Source: an uncultured Chloroflexia bacterium (GTDB lineage: Bacteria; Chloroflexota; Limnocylindria; Limnocylindrales; CSP1-4). Taken from it: a stretch of 64,000 bases of DNA. The translations under genes were made by a program, and so were the position numbers. The stretch covers positions 617,568 to 681,567 of the forward strand of contig CAWEYL010000001.1 in assembly GCA_963813335.1 (NCBI GenBank), given 5' to 3'. Below, one piece after another: positions 44,611 through 55,100 of the stretch. The notes beneath the pieces are model-generated. The model had not been told where the DNA came from. It saw nothing but the letters and a program-made list of their open reading frames with translations, and did not search any database. How positions within the stretch are numbered: the first letter of the stretch is position 1; each line of letters begins with the position of its first letter.

Positions 44611-46800
44611 GTGGCCAAGGCCAGCGCCCCGGTCCCGCCGCCGCCGGTCGACCCGGTCGAGCTCCTCGACACCCCGCTGGCCCGCTCGGGCCTGGCGGCG
44701 GGCGCGACGCTGCGTCGAGCCGGCATGCGGCTTGACGTCTACGACGTCCGAGACCTCCTCTTCTTCCTCCCGCGTCGCTACGACGACCTGCGCGAGATGC
44801 ACCGGCTCGGCGACCTGCGCCTCGTGGAGCCCGGGACCGTCGTCTCGGCTCGCGTGCGGGTCGCGGACGTCAAGGTGCTGCCCTCGTTCCGGCGCCGCGT
44901 CCAGCGCACGGTCGCGCTCCTCGAGGACGACAGCGGCCGGATCGAGGCGACGTGGTTCGGCCGGCGCTTCATCGAGCGGCGCCTGCAGGTCGACCAGGAG
45001 GTGGTGGTCTCCGGTCGGGTCAAGTGGTTCGGCCGGAAGCTCACGCTCGACAACCCGGAGTTCCAGGCGGTCCAGGGCGACGACGAGGTCCTGCACGCGG
45101 GCCGCATCGTCCCGGTCTACCGCCTGACGGCGGGGCTGACCGCGGCCAGGCTCCGCCTGGCGATCCGCGACGCCCTCGACCGTGCCGGCCCGACCTACCC
45201 CGAATACCTCCCGGCGGCCATCCGCCGCGAGATGGACCTGCCCGGGATCGCCGCGACCCTCGAGTCCGCCCATTACCCGCTCACGTTCGAGGCCCGCGAT
45301 GCCGCCCTCCGACGGCTGGCCTTCGACGAGCTGCTCGCGCTCCAGCTGGGCATGGTCGCCCGCCGGCGCCAGCGGGCGCGCGCCGCCGCGGTCCCGATCG
45401 CCATCGACGACGCCTCGGACGCCGACGTCCGGGGCGCGCTGACCGACGCGCTCGCGGCACGGGTCGGGCGGGACGTGGCGCTGACCGACGACCAGGCGGC
45501 GGCCACCGCCGACATCCGGACCGACATCGCGGGCGAGACGCCGATGCTGCGCCTGCTCCAGGGCGACGTCGGGTCGGGCAAGACCGCGGTCGCGGCCTAC
45601 GCCCTCGCGGCCGTCGCGCGGGCCGGGTTCCAGGGGGCCCTCCTGGCCCCGACCGACCTGCTCGCCCGCCAGCACCTCGAGACCATCGGCGCCCTCCTCG
45701 AGGCGCTCGGCATCGGCGTGACCCTGCTGACCGGCTCGCTCAAGGCGGACCGCCGCGCCAAGACCCTCGCCGACATCGCCTCGGGGCAGGCCGCGGTGGT
45801 CGTCGGGACGCACGCGCTGATCCAGGAGTCGGTCTCGTTCCGCGATCTCGGCCTCGTCGTGATCGACGAGCAGCACCGCTTCGGCGTCGACCAGCGCGAC
45901 GCGCTGGAGGGCAAGGCCAGCGGCCGCTCGCCGCACGTGCTGCTGATGACGGCCACCCCGATCCCGCGGACCCTCGGCCAGCTGGTCTACGCCGACCTCG
46001 ACGTGTCCGACCTGCGCACGCCGCCGGCCGGCCGGGTCCCGATCCGCACCGGGATCCGCCGCCCGGACGACCTCGACGGCACGTGGCAGAAGGTCCGCGA
46101 CGAGGCGGCGCTCGGCCACCGGACCTTCGTGGTCGTGCCGCTCATCGACGAATCAGGCGTCGAGACCGAGGGCGCGGTCGCGGCCGAGTCCGAGGCGAAG
46201 CGCCTCGCCGAGGTGCTCGCCCCGCTCCGGGTCGGCCTCGTCCACGGGCGGCTGAAGGCCGCCGTCCGCGATGCCGAGATGAGTCGGTTCCGCGACGGCG
46301 AGCTCGACGTCCTCGTCGGCACGACCGTCGTCGAGGTCGGCGTGGACGTGCCGGCGGCGACGATGATGATCATCGAATCGGCCGACCGGTTCGGGCTCGC
46401 CCAGCTCCACCAGCTGCGCGGCCGGGTCGGCCGCGGCACGGTCGAGTCGTACTGCGTCCTCGTCTCGGATTCGGGCGACGAGGTGGCGCAGGCGCGGCTC
46501 AAGGCGGTCGCCGAGATCCGCGACGGTTTCGAGCTGGCCGAGCGCGACTTCGAGCTGCGCCGCGAGGGCGATGTGCTCGGCCTGGCCCAGAGCGGCCTGC
46601 CGCGGCTGCGCGTCGCCTCGCTGCAGGAGCCGTCGCACCGTGAGCTCGCCGTCCAGGCGCGGGCGCACGCGGAGGCGCTCCTGGACCCGCGCGGCGCGCT
46701 GGTCGACGGGGTCGACGCCCTCCGCCACGAGCTCGAGGCGGGCTGGCTGCGGCGGATCTCGTCGGGCGAGGCGGCGGACGATGCGGACGACGATGGCTGA
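44611..46800 (+). CDS. recG: ATP-dependent DNA helicase RecG
   Basis: Wedge domain plus GDVGSGKT, DEQHRFGV, TATPIPRT and QLHQLRGRVGRG. Confidence 0.95.
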   Translation: MAKASAPVPPPPVDPVELLDTPLARSGLAAGATLRRAGMRLDVYDVRDLLFFLPRRYDDLREMHRLGDLRLVEPGTVVSARVRVADVKVLPSFRRRVQRTVALLEDDSGRIEATWFGRRFIERRLQVDQEVVVSGRVKWFGRKLTLDNPEFQAVQGDDEVLHAGRIVPVYRLTAGLTAARLRLAIRDALDRAGPTYPEYLPAAIRREMDLPGIAATLESAHYPLTFEARDAALRRLAFDELLALQLGMVARRRQRARAAAVPIAIDDASDADVRGALTDALAARVGRDVALTDDQAAATADIRTDIAGETPMLRLLQGDVGSGKTAVAAYALAAVARAGFQGALLAPTDLLARQHLETIGALLEALGIGVTLLTGSLKADRRAKTLADIASGQAAVVVGTHALIQESVSFRDLGLVVIDEQHRFGVDQRDALEGKASGRSPHVLLMTATPIPRTLGQLVYADLDVSDLRTPPAGRVPIRTGIRRPDDLDGTWQKVRDEAALGHRTFVVVPLIDESGVETEGAVAAESEAKRLAEVLAPLRVGLVHGRLKAAVRDAEMSRFRDGELDVLVGTTVVEVGVDVPAATMMIIESADRFGLAQLHQLRGRVGRGTVESYCVLVSDSGDEVAQARLKAVAEIRDGFELAERDFELRREGDVLGLAQSGLPRLRVASLQEPSHRELAVQARAHAEALLDPRGALVDGVDALRHELEAGWLRRISSGEAADDADDDG

Positions 46801-47365
46801 CGCGGGCCGCGTCATCGCGGGCCGCGCGCGCGGCATCCGCCTCGCCGGCCCGGGGGAGGGGACCCGGCCGATGGGCGACCGCGTCAAGCAGACGCTGTTC
46901 GCCATCCTCGAGCCGGACCTGCCGGGCGCCGCGTTCCTCGACCTGTTCGCCGGGAGCGGCGCGGCGGGCATCGAGGCACTGTCGCGCGGAGCGGCGTCGG
47001 CGACCTTCGTCGAGCGGGACGGGGCGGCGATCAAGGTGATCGGCGCCAACCTGGCGAGAACGCACCTCGGCGGTGCCGCCGCGCGGATCGTGAACGAGGA
47101 GGCCGTCCGCTGGCTTGGCTCGCCGCGTCGCGCCGGCGAGGGACCGTGGGACGTCGCGGTCGCCGACCCGCCGTACGACCGCCCGGAGCTCCTGGTCGCG
47201 ACCCTCGCCGCCGTCGCGCCGCTGCTCGCCGTCGCCGGTCGTGTCGTCGCCAAGCACGCCAGCCAGTCGCCGCCGCCGGCCCGCATCGGGCTGCTAGCAT
47301 CCGAGCGGGAGCGGCGCTTCGGCGAGACGACGCTGACCTTCTATCGGCGCGTGGAGGATCGATGA
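46793..47365 (+). CDS. rsmD: 16S rRNA (guanine966-N2)-methyltransferase RsmD
   Basis: RVIAGRARG, TRPMGDRVKQ, DLFAGSGAAGIEALSRGA, ADPPY. ATG 46781 is also possible. Confidence 0.85.
   Translation: MADAGRVIAGRARGIRLAGPGEGTRPMGDRVKQTLFAILEPDLPGAAFLDLFAGSGAAGIEALSRGAASATFVERDGAAIKVIGANLARTHLGGAAARIVNEEAVRWLGSPRRAGEGPWDVAVADPPYDRPELLVATLAAVAPLLAVAGRVVAKHASQSPPPARIGLLASERERRFGETTLTFYRRVEDR
47292..47300 (+). promoter_or_regulatory. candidate internal extended -10 promoter (TGCTAGCAT) for coaD
   Basis: TGnTAnnnT motif inside the rsmD 3' end, 61 nt before the coaD ATG. Confidence 0.3.
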
Positions 47366-47859
47366 ACACGATCGCGGTCTACCCAGGCTCGTTCGACCCG
47401 ATCACCAACGGCCACCTCGACGTCATCCGCCGGGCGGCGGCCGTGTTCGACCGCGTCGTCGTCGGCGTGCTGGCCAACCCGCGCAAGAGCCCGCTGCTCC
47501 CGGTCGAGACGCGCATCCGGGTGATCCGCGACGCCCTCGCGGCCGGCGGCGCGCCGCTCGGCGCGATCGAGGTCGACTCGTTCGACGGGCTGACCGTCGA
47601 CTTCTGCCGCGCCCAGGGGGCGGGCTCGATCGTCCGGGGCCTGCGCGCCATCAGCGACTTCGAAGTGGAGATGCAGCTCGCGCACAACAACCGGGTGCTG
47701 GCACCGGACGTCGACACCGTCTTCTTCATGACCTCGGTCGAGCACGGCTACGTCAGCTCGAGCCTGGTCAAGGAGATCGCGGGCTTCGGCGGCGACGTCG
47801 CATCGATGGTCCCCGCGGCCGCATTGGCGGCCCTCGACGAGGCACTCCGGAGGCGCTGA
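47362..47859 (+). CDS. coaD: phosphopantetheine adenylyltransferase
   Basis: Motifs YPGSFDPITNGHLD and ISSSLVKEI-like VSSSLVKEI. Confidence 0.95.
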   Translation: MNTIAVYPGSFDPITNGHLDVIRRAAAVFDRVVVGVLANPRKSPLLPVETRIRVIRDALAAGGAPLGAIEVDSFDGLTVDFCRAQGAGSIVRGLRAISDFEVEMQLAHNNRVLAPDVDTVFFMTSVEHGYVSSSLVKEIAGFGGDVASMVPAAALAALDEALRRR

Positions 47860-47873
47860 CGGCGACGTCCGCG

Positions 47874-47882
47874 TGCCATACT
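47874..47882 (+). promoter_or_regulatory. candidate extended -10 promoter (TGCCATACT)
   Basis: About 50 nt before the GGGAGGG RBS and ATC codon of the next gene. Confidence 0.3.
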
Positions 47883-47931
47883 TGCCGGAACGCGTGCCAG
47901 GGCCAGTCCGCCGAGCCGGGAGGGAACTCCG

Positions 47932-48468
47932 ATCGACATCATCTTCCTCGTCGAGCGCCTCGAGTCGCTGATCGCCAACGGCAAGAAGCTGCCGCTCACG
48001 ACGAACGTGGTCGTCGACCAGAACGCCGCCCTGGGGCTCATCGACGAGCTGCGCGTCGCCGTCCCCGAGGAGGTCCGCGCCGCCAAGCGCATCAACGCCG
48101 AGGGCGAGCGGATCATCGAGAAGGCCCAGATCGAGGCCGAGCGGATCGTCGCCAAGGCCCAGGAGCAGGCGGCCTACCTGATCGACGAGCGTGGCCTGAC
48201 CCAGCAGGCCGAGGGCATCAGCCAGCGGGTGATCGGCGAGGCGCACCAGGACGCGGACGAGATCCGCCGTGGCGCCGACGAGTACGCGGTCGGCGTCCTG
48301 GTCGGCCTCGAGGGCGACGTGGTCAAGACGCTCCAGAGCATCAAGAAGGGGATCGCGATGCTCGACGAGCGGCGGGCGGACCTCGTCCCCGAGGACGCCG
48401 CCGTCGAGGACGCCGATGGCGGCTGGGCCGACGAGCCGGAGGACGCGGCGCAACCGGCCCACCCATGA
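47932..48468 (+). CDS. conserved coiled-coil protein (ATP-synthase-b/H-like, DivIVA-like helical protein) probably starting at ATC
   Basis: The frame is open from 47860. GGGAGGG at 47918-47924 lies 7 nt before ATC 47932. The first canonical start (GTG 48007) would remove 25 conserved-looking residues (DIIFLVERLESLIANGKKLPLT). Confidence 0.6.
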   Translation: MDIIFLVERLESLIANGKKLPLTTNVVVDQNAALGLIDELRVAVPEEVRAAKRINAEGERIIEKAQIEAERIVAKAQEQAAYLIDERGLTQQAEGISQRVIGEAHQDADEIRRGADEYAVGVLVGLEGDVVKTLQSIKKGIAMLDERRADLVPEDAAVEDADGGWADEPEDAAQPAHP

Positions 48469-49019
48469 CCGCCCGCCCGCCGGACGGGCCCCTCATCTGG
48501 AACGTCGCCGGTCTCCTGGCCGATGCCGTCGGGTCCGACCGCCAGTACGCGGTCCGCGACGTCCGGCCCGACCTGCCCGATGGACTCGTCCTGACCGCCC
48601 CGGTCGAGGGCGCCGTCCGCCTGTCGCGCACGAACCGCGGCGTCCTCGCCGATGCGGAGCTGACGGCGGCCATCGCCGGCGAGTGCAGTCGCTGCCTGAA
48701 GGAGCTGGCGATCCCGCTCGCGCTGGGGATCCATGAGGAGTACCTGCCGTCGATCGACCTCGCGAGCGGGAAGCCGGTGGCATTCGACGACGAGCCGGAC
48801 GCGCTCCGGCTGACCGACCACCACGAGGTCGATCTCGAGCCGCCGGTCGTCGACGCCATCATCCTGGCCGAGCCGATCGCGCCCCTGTGCCGGCCCGACT
48901 GCCCGGGTCTGTGCATCGTCTGCGGCCAGCCGCTCGAGACCGGCGATCACGTACACCCGGACGACGACATCGACCCGCGACTCGAGGCGTTGCGGGCCTT
49001 CCGGGCGGACGACGGATGA
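48465..49019 (+). CDS. yceD: YceD/DUF177 family ribosome-maturation protein
   Basis: CSRCL...CRPDCPGLCIVCG pattern. Position before rpmF. Confidence 0.85.
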   Translation: MTARPPDGPLIWNVAGLLADAVGSDRQYAVRDVRPDLPDGLVLTAPVEGAVRLSRTNRGVLADAELTAAIAGECSRCLKELAIPLALGIHEEYLPSIDLASGKPVAFDDEPDALRLTDHHEVDLEPPVVDAIILAEPIAPLCRPDCPGLCIVCGQPLETGDHVHPDDDIDPRLEALRAFRADDG

Positions 49020-49050
49020 GCCGGGGGAGACGAGCGGCCGGATCATGCGG

Positions 49051-49056
49051 TAGACT
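49051..49056 (+). promoter_or_regulatory. candidate -10 box (TAGACT) for rpmF-plsX
   Basis: Lies 88 nt before the rpmF ATG, which has an AAGGAG RBS. Confidence 0.3.
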
Positions 49057-49144
49057 CCGCCGTCGGCGTGGCGCCGCGCCCGGACCCGGGACGGTCGAGC
49101 GGCCACGCGACACGACCGACCTCTGACAAGGAGCCCACGACCCC

Positions 49145-49345
49145 ATGGGTGTACCCAAGCGCCGCGTCTCGCACGCCCGCCAGGGCGAGCGCCGCGCGCA
49201 CCTCGCCATCGAGCTGCCGAACCTCGAGGAGTGCCCGCACTGCCACGAGCAGAAGCAGCAGCACCACGTCTGTCCGAACTGCGGCTACTACAACGGCCGC
49301 CTGGCGGTCGCGCCCAAGCCCGTCGCCGACGACGCAGCGCGCTGA
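49145..49345 (+). CDS. rpmF: 50S ribosomal protein L32 (zinc-ribbon form)
   Basis: MGVPKRRVSHARQGERRAH...CPHC...CPNCG. Confidence 0.95.
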   Translation: MGVPKRRVSHARQGERRAHLAIELPNLEECPHCHEQKQQHHVCPNCGYYNGRLAVAPKPVADDAAR

Positions 49346-49349
49346 TCGC

Positions 49350-50432
49350 GTGACGGACCCCGCACCGACCGGGAGCACGGCGGGCGGCGTCCGCGTCGCC
49401 ATCGACGCGATGGGCGGCGACCACGGTCCGTCCGAGGTCGTGCCCGGGGCCATGGCCTACGCCCGGTCCCACCCCGCCGACCGACTGATCCTCGTGGGCG
49501 ACGAGGCGGTCGTCGCGGCCCTCGCGGGTCCCTTGCCCGCCAACGTCACGATCGTCCACGCGACGCAGGTCATCGGCATGGACGAGCACCCGGCCATGGC
49601 CCTTCGCGAGAAGCGCGATTCCTCGATCCTCGTCGCCACGGACCTGGTCAAGCGCGGTGACGCGGACGCGGTGGTGACCGCCGGTCACACCGGCGCCGGC
49701 ATGGCCGCCGCGGTCCTCCGCCTCGGGCGCCTGCCCGGCGTCGACCGGCCGGCCCTCGCCGTCCAGATGATCACGGACTCCGGCCCGATGGTGCTCCTCG
49801 ATATCGGCGCCAACCCGGATTCGACCGCGGAGAACCTGGCCCAGTTCGCTCGCATGGGGGCGATCTTCGCCGAGCGCGTGATGGGCATCGCGAGGCCGCG
49901 CGTCGCGCTGCTCTCGATCGGCGAGGAGCGCGGCAAGGGCGACGCCCGGATCCAGCGTGCGACCGAGCTGCTGGACGCGTCGGACCTCCGCTTCGAGGGC
50001 AACGTCGAGGGGAAGGACCTGACCAAACACCAGGCCGATGTCGTGGTCTGCGACGCGGTCCTCGGCAACGTGGTCATCAAGTTCTTCGAGGGCCTGTCCG
50101 GGTTCATCTTCGACCTGTGGCGGACCGAGTTCAAGCGCGGCGTCCGCGGCCGGCTCGGCGCCGTCTTCATGAAGCCCGGGATCGACCGCATCCGCGGCGT
50201 CTTCGACTACGAGAAGGTGGGCGGCTCGATCCTGCTGGGGGTCCGCGGCACGGTGATCATCACCCATGGCCGGGCACGCAGCCGGATGATCGACTTCGCC
50301 TGCGATGTGGCGGCCACGACCGCGCGGACACGGGTCCCGGCGCTCATCGGCGAGGCCCTCGTCTCGCACGCCGCGGGCGCCGCCGCCGAGGCCGAGCGTG
50401 CCGCCGCGCCGGCCGAGGGCATCGCGTCGTGA
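49350..50432 (+). CDS. plsX: phosphate acyltransferase PlsX
   Basis: Motifs IDAMGGDHGP, VTAGHTGA and GNVEG. GTG start. Confidence 0.9.
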   Translation: MTDPAPTGSTAGGVRVAIDAMGGDHGPSEVVPGAMAYARSHPADRLILVGDEAVVAALAGPLPANVTIVHATQVIGMDEHPAMALREKRDSSILVATDLVKRGDADAVVTAGHTGAGMAAAVLRLGRLPGVDRPALAVQMITDSGPMVLLDIGANPDSTAENLAQFARMGAIFAERVMGIARPRVALLSIGEERGKGDARIQRATELLDASDLRFEGNVEGKDLTKHQADVVVCDAVLGNVVIKFFEGLSGFIFDLWRTEFKRGVRGRLGAVFMKPGIDRIRGVFDYEKVGGSILLGVRGTVIITHGRARSRMIDFACDVAATTARTRVPALIGEALVSHAAGAAAEAERAAAPAEGIAS

Positions 50433-50743
50433 GCGGCCATGAGCTGACCGTCGGTCCGTCCGTCATCCGCGAGCTCGTCGGCCTGGCGGCCCTCGAGGTG
50501 CCCGGCGTGGCGCGCGTGGGCCGCGGCGGGGCGCCATGGCGGCGCTGGCTCGGCGGCCGCGCGGTCACCGTCCGCGTCCTCGAGGAAGGCGTGACGGTCC
50601 GCATCTGGATCGTGGCGCGGCCCGGCCAGGCGATCGGGCCACTGGCCGCGCAGGTCCGGACCGCGGTCGCGGCCACGGTGGAGCGCCTGCTCGGGCTCGA
50701 CCTCCGCGCCGTGACCGTGCTGGTGGACGGTGTCGGGGGCTGA
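50429..50743 (+). CDS. small Asp23/Gls24 family protein (YqhY-like, precedes nusB)
   Basis: VIRELVGLAALEVPGV...[12 protein letters not shown] overlap with plsX. Confidence 0.7.
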   Translation: MSGHELTVGPSVIRELVGLAALEVPGVARVGRGGAPWRRWLGGRAVTVRVLEEGVTVRIWIVARPGQAIGPLAAQVRTAVAATVERLLGLDLRAVTVLVDGVGG

Positions 50744-51167
50744 CCGGGTCCGAGGGCGGCGCACCGGGCGCCGCCTGGCACTCTCCGCGGTCTTCGAGGC
50801 AGACTTCGGGCAGCACACCGCCGAGGCCGTCCTGGAGCGCCATCTCGCCGAGTCGGAGCGGGATCCCGCCGCCGCGGAACTGGCCCGCGAGCTGGTCGGC
50901 GCGGTGACCGCCTACCGCGATTCGATCGACGCGGAGATCACCCGGCGGGCGCCGCAGTACCCCGTCACGGGGCTGGCGCGGATGGACCGCGCCCTCCTCC
51001 GTACGGCCATATCCGAGGTGCTACACTCCGGCACGCCGGCCCGGGTGGCCATCGCCGAGTGGGTCGAGTTGGCACGCATCTACAGTGGCGACCCGATGCG
51101 CCGCCTCATGAACGGGGTGCTCGGGAAGATCGAAGCGGAGTCCAACGGCACCCGGCCGTCGGCCTAA
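50730..51167 (+). CDS. nusB: transcription antitermination factor NusB
   Basis: [13 protein letters not shown]...[13 protein letters not shown]...NGVLGKI. Confidence 0.9.
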   Translation: MSGADRVRGRRTGRRLALSAVFEADFGQHTAEAVLERHLAESERDPAAAELARELVGAVTAYRDSIDAEITRRAPQYPVTGLARMDRALLRTAISEVLHSGTPARVAIAEWVELARIYSGDPMRRLMNGVLGKIEAESNGTRPSA

Positions 51168-51189
51168 CCCAACTCCGAGGAGGGAGTCA

Positions 51190-51426
51190 GTGGCAACCAC
51201 CTACGAGCGCCTCAAGAAGATCGTCGTGGAGCAGCTCGGCGCCGACGAGGATGAGGTCAAGCCCGAGGCCTCGTTCGTCGACGACCTGAACGCCGACTCC
51301 CTCGACCTGGTCGAACTGATCATGAGTCTCGAGGAAGAGTTCGGGACCGAGATCTCCGACGAGGACGCCGAGAAGATCCGGACCGTGCAGGACGCCGTCG
51401 ACTACATCGACGAGCGGTCGTCCTAA
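51190..51426 (+). CDS. acpP: acyl carrier protein
   Basis: [21 protein letters not shown] (phosphopantetheine Ser motif). GAGGAGGG RBS, GTG start. Confidence 0.95.
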   Translation: MATTYERLKKIVVEQLGADEDEVKPEASFVDDLNADSLDLVELIMSLEEEFGTEISDEDAEKIRTVQDAVDYIDERSS

Positions 51427-51448
51427 GACCCCCGGGCGGCGGGCCATC

Positions 51449-52165
51449 GTGCGCCCCGCCAGGGCCTTCGCGACCCGTCTCGGCGTCCCGATCCGCGACC
51501 AGGGCCTGCTCGAGCAGGCCCTCATCCATGCCAGCTGGCTGCACGAGCATCCCGATGAGGCCGCCGGCCAGAACGAGCGGCTGGAGTTCCTCGGCGACGC
51601 CGTCGTCAGCCTGATCGTCTCCGAGGCGCTCTACGCGCGCCATCCCGAGGACGACGAGGGCGACCTGTCCGCGCGCCGGGCGGCCATCGTCTCGACGACC
51701 GGCCTGGCCCGGCTGGCCAACCGGATCGATCTCGGCTCGGTGCTGATGCTCGGCGAGGGCGAATCGCGCCGCAGTGGCCGCCGCCGGCCGACCCTCCTGG
51801 CATCCTCCTTCGAGGCGCTCGCGGGCGCGATCTACCTGGACCAGGGGTTCGACGTCGCCCGGGACTGGCTGACCGAGCTCGCGGCGCCCGAGCTGACCCA
51901 GGACGGCCCCATCGTGGCGCTCAAGAGCCCCAAGAGCCGTCTCCAGGAGTACACCCAGCGGCACTCGGGCGGTCGCCCGTCGTACCGGCTGGTCGACGTG
52001 ACGGGCCCCGACCACGAGAAGACGTTCCGCGTCGAGGTCCACGTCGACGGCCAGGCGCTGGGCGTCGGCGAGGGGCCGTCGCGCCGCGTCGCCGAGACCG
52101 CCGCGGCCGCCGAGGCCATCGAGCACCTCCGCTCCCACCTGCGGCCCGAAGCGGTCGGCGAATGA
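51449..52165 (+). CDS. rnc: ribonuclease III
   Basis: NERLEFLGDAV signature and a C-terminal dsRBD. Confidence 0.9.
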   Translation: MRPARAFATRLGVPIRDQGLLEQALIHASWLHEHPDEAAGQNERLEFLGDAVVSLIVSEALYARHPEDDEGDLSARRAAIVSTTGLARLANRIDLGSVLMLGEGESRRSGRRRPTLLASSFEALAGAIYLDQGFDVARDWLTELAAPELTQDGPIVALKSPKSRLQEYTQRHSGGRPSYRLVDVTGPDHEKTFRVEVHVDGQALGVGEGPSRRVAETAAAAEAIEHLRSHLRPEAVGE

Positions 52166-55100
52166 CCGCGCCGGGCGGGCCGGGTCGCCTCCTCGCCCCG
52201 TCGCGCCTGCTCGCGCTGCGCCTGCAGGGCTTCAAGTCGTTCGCCGAGCGGACCAGCGTCGAGTTCGGCGGCGGCATCAGTGCGATCGTCGGGCCGAACG
52301 GCTCCGGCAAGAGCAACCTGGCCGATGCGCTCCGCTGGGCGCTGGGCGAGCAGGGCCGGGCGCTCCGGTCGCGCAAGGCCGAGGACGTGATCTGGGCGGG
52401 TTCCGACAAGCGCGCCGCGCAGGGGATGGCCGACGTCACGCTGGTCATCGACAACGCCGACGGCCTGCTCCCGGTCGACTTCCAGGTCCTCGAGCTCGGC
52501 CGGCGGCTGTACCGCTCGGGCGAGAACGACTACCTGCTCAACAAGCAGCGCATCCGGCTGCGCGACCTCGTCGAGCTGCTCGACGCCGCGCACCTCGCCG
52601 ACAACGCGTTCCTGTTCATCGGCCAGGGCATGGTCGACCAGGCGCTGGCGCTGCGCCCCGAGGAGCGCCGCCCGCTCTTCGAGGAGGTCGCCGGGGTCCG
52701 GCGCCACGAGCGCCGGCGTCGGCGCGCACAGGAGCAGCTGGTCGAGTCCGAGGCCAACCTGGCCCGTGTCGAGGACATCGTCGCCGAGCTCCGGCCGCAG
52801 GCGCGCCGGCTCGCGGCCCAGGCCGAGCAGCAGACCAGCCGGCAGACCACGGCCGACGAGCTGGCGGCCGCGATCCTGCTTTCGGCGCATGCCCGTTGGT
52901 TCGAGGCGGCCGCGCGCGTCGGGGAGACCCAGGGTCGGCGGGCGGCCGCCGGCGCCGAGGCGGACCGCGCCATGGCGGACATGACGGCGGCGGAAGTGGC
53001 CGCCTCGGGCGTGGCCGCGGAGCTCGGCGTGCGCGCGCTCGCGGAGCGCGACCGGCGGGAAGCCCATGACGCGGCGCGGGCGACGCTGACGGCCGCCCAG
53101 CTCGGCGAGGGACGCGTCGCCTCGGAGATCGCGGCCATCGAGCGGGACCGCACCCGCATCGCCGCGGACCGATCGGCGGCGGAGGCGGAGCTGGCGGCTG
53201 GACGACGGTCGGGAGCCGTGCCCGTGCCGCCGCGCGACATCGATCTCGAGGCCGCGTTGACCGAGGCCGAGCGGGAGACGGCCGCCGCGCTCGCGGAGCT
53301 CGGGGCCCTGCGTGCCGAGCGCCAGGCCCAGGGCGAGGAGCTCGCCGCGCTCCGTCGAGCCGAGGCGGCCCGACAGGCCGAGCTCGAGACCGCGCGACGC
53401 CGCGCCGACGAGGCCGCCCGACAGGCGGCCGGGGAAGGGGAGCGGGCCACCGCCGCTGCCGCGAGGCGGGACGTCACCGCGGCCCTGGCGACCGCCGCGC
53501 ACGAGCGCCGAGCCGCGGCGATCGAGGCCGAGCGGACCGCGACCGCGGCCCTGGAGACGGCACGTGCGACCCTCGACGCGGCGGAGGCGGAACGGTCCGC
53601 CGCCGAGGCGCGGGCCGTCGCGGCCGAGGCGGACCTGGCGGCCGTGCAGGCCCGCGCCCGCTCGCTCGAGACGCGGCTGGCCGAGGAGGAGGGCCGCGGG
53701 ATCGCGAAGGCGGCGCGACGACATGGCGGACGTCGCGTCGATGAGGAGCTGGTCATCGACCCGGGCCTGCGGTCCGCGGTCGAGGCGGCGCTCGGCGAGG
53801 CGACCCGGGCGTACCTGGTCAAGGGCAGTGCGGTCGCGGACCTTGCCCGCGAGCGCGGCGCGCTGATCGTCGAGGAGCGCGCGTCGGCCACGGCCCCGCC
53901 CGCCGACGCACGGGAGCGGCGGTTCCTCGACGCGGTGAGCGCCGCGGGCGGCGGGCTGCTGGCCGATGCGGTCCAGCGCGACGGGAATGGCGCTGCACGC
54001 CGGCTGCTGGCGCGGGCGGCCTGGGTCCCGGACCTCGCGGCATGCCTCTCGGTGCAGGCGGTGCTGCCGGGCGGCTGGATCGTCGTCCCGCGCGACGGCT
54101 CGGCCGTGGTCGGTGAGCTTGCTGTCGCGCTCGGCGCCGGCGAGTCGGTGCTACAGCGCCGGGCGGAGGCGACCGCACTGGCCGCGGACGTCGAACGGCT
54201 GGCGGCGGCGGCGACGACGGCGAGGACGGCCGCCGCGACCGCTTCGGCCGGTGCCGCGAGCCGCGCGGACCGCGCTGGAGGCGGCCCGGACGGCCGAGTC
54301 CCGCGCGGCGACGGATCGCCGGTCCGCCGACGACGCGGAGCGCGTCGCTGCACGAGACGCTGAGGCCGCGGTCCGCGAGGCCGCCTGGGCCGAGGCGCAG
54401 GCCGAGCGCCTGCGCGCCGACCATGCCCGTGCCTCGGCCGCGCTGGCTGCGATGCAGGGCACCGCCGACGCGTCCGGTTCCGCCGCGGACGGTGGCGCCG
54501 CTCCGACCGAGGCGGCGATCAGCGCGATCGAGGCGTGGGAGGCCCGCGCCGCCGAGATGCGGGCGCGCCGGGACCGCCTGGCCGAGCAGGCCGCGACCGC
54601 CGACGCCGCCCGCCGCGAGGCGGAAGCGCGACGGACGCGTGCCGAGACCGGCATCGCCCTGGCTGAGGAGCGGATGGCTCGGGCCGACCGCGAGCTCGAG
54701 GGTCTCGACCTTCGCGCTCGCGACCTCGCCGCCGAACGCGATCGTCTGCGCACGGACCTCGCGACCGCCGTCGTGGCCGAGGCGGCCGCCAGGCAGGCGC
54801 TCGCCGAGCTGCACGCCGCGGATGCCGCGGACCGGGAGCGGCTGGCGACCGCGGAGCAGGGCGCGTCCTCGGCCCGGGAGCGGCTCCGTGCCGCCGACGA
54901 CCGGTTGCGCACCGCCGATCGGGCGGAGCTGGAGGCCCGGCTGGGGCTCGATGCCCTGCGCGAGAGCGTGCTCGTCGACCTCGCCGGCCTCGGGGCGCCA
55001 GGACTGCTGCATCTCGCCGCGGTGACCGGCATGGCCGTGCCGGCAGCTCCGGTCGCCGGTGCCGCATCGGACGCCGACGCCGATCCGGAGGCCGAGGTCG

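Noticed and set aside
51019-51027. TGCTACACT inside nusB as a promoter for acpP.
   Set aside because: It lies 160 nt upstream of acpP and inside a coding region. It fits the motif but the distance is unconvincing, so it is mentioned only in the motif finding and not listed as a feature.
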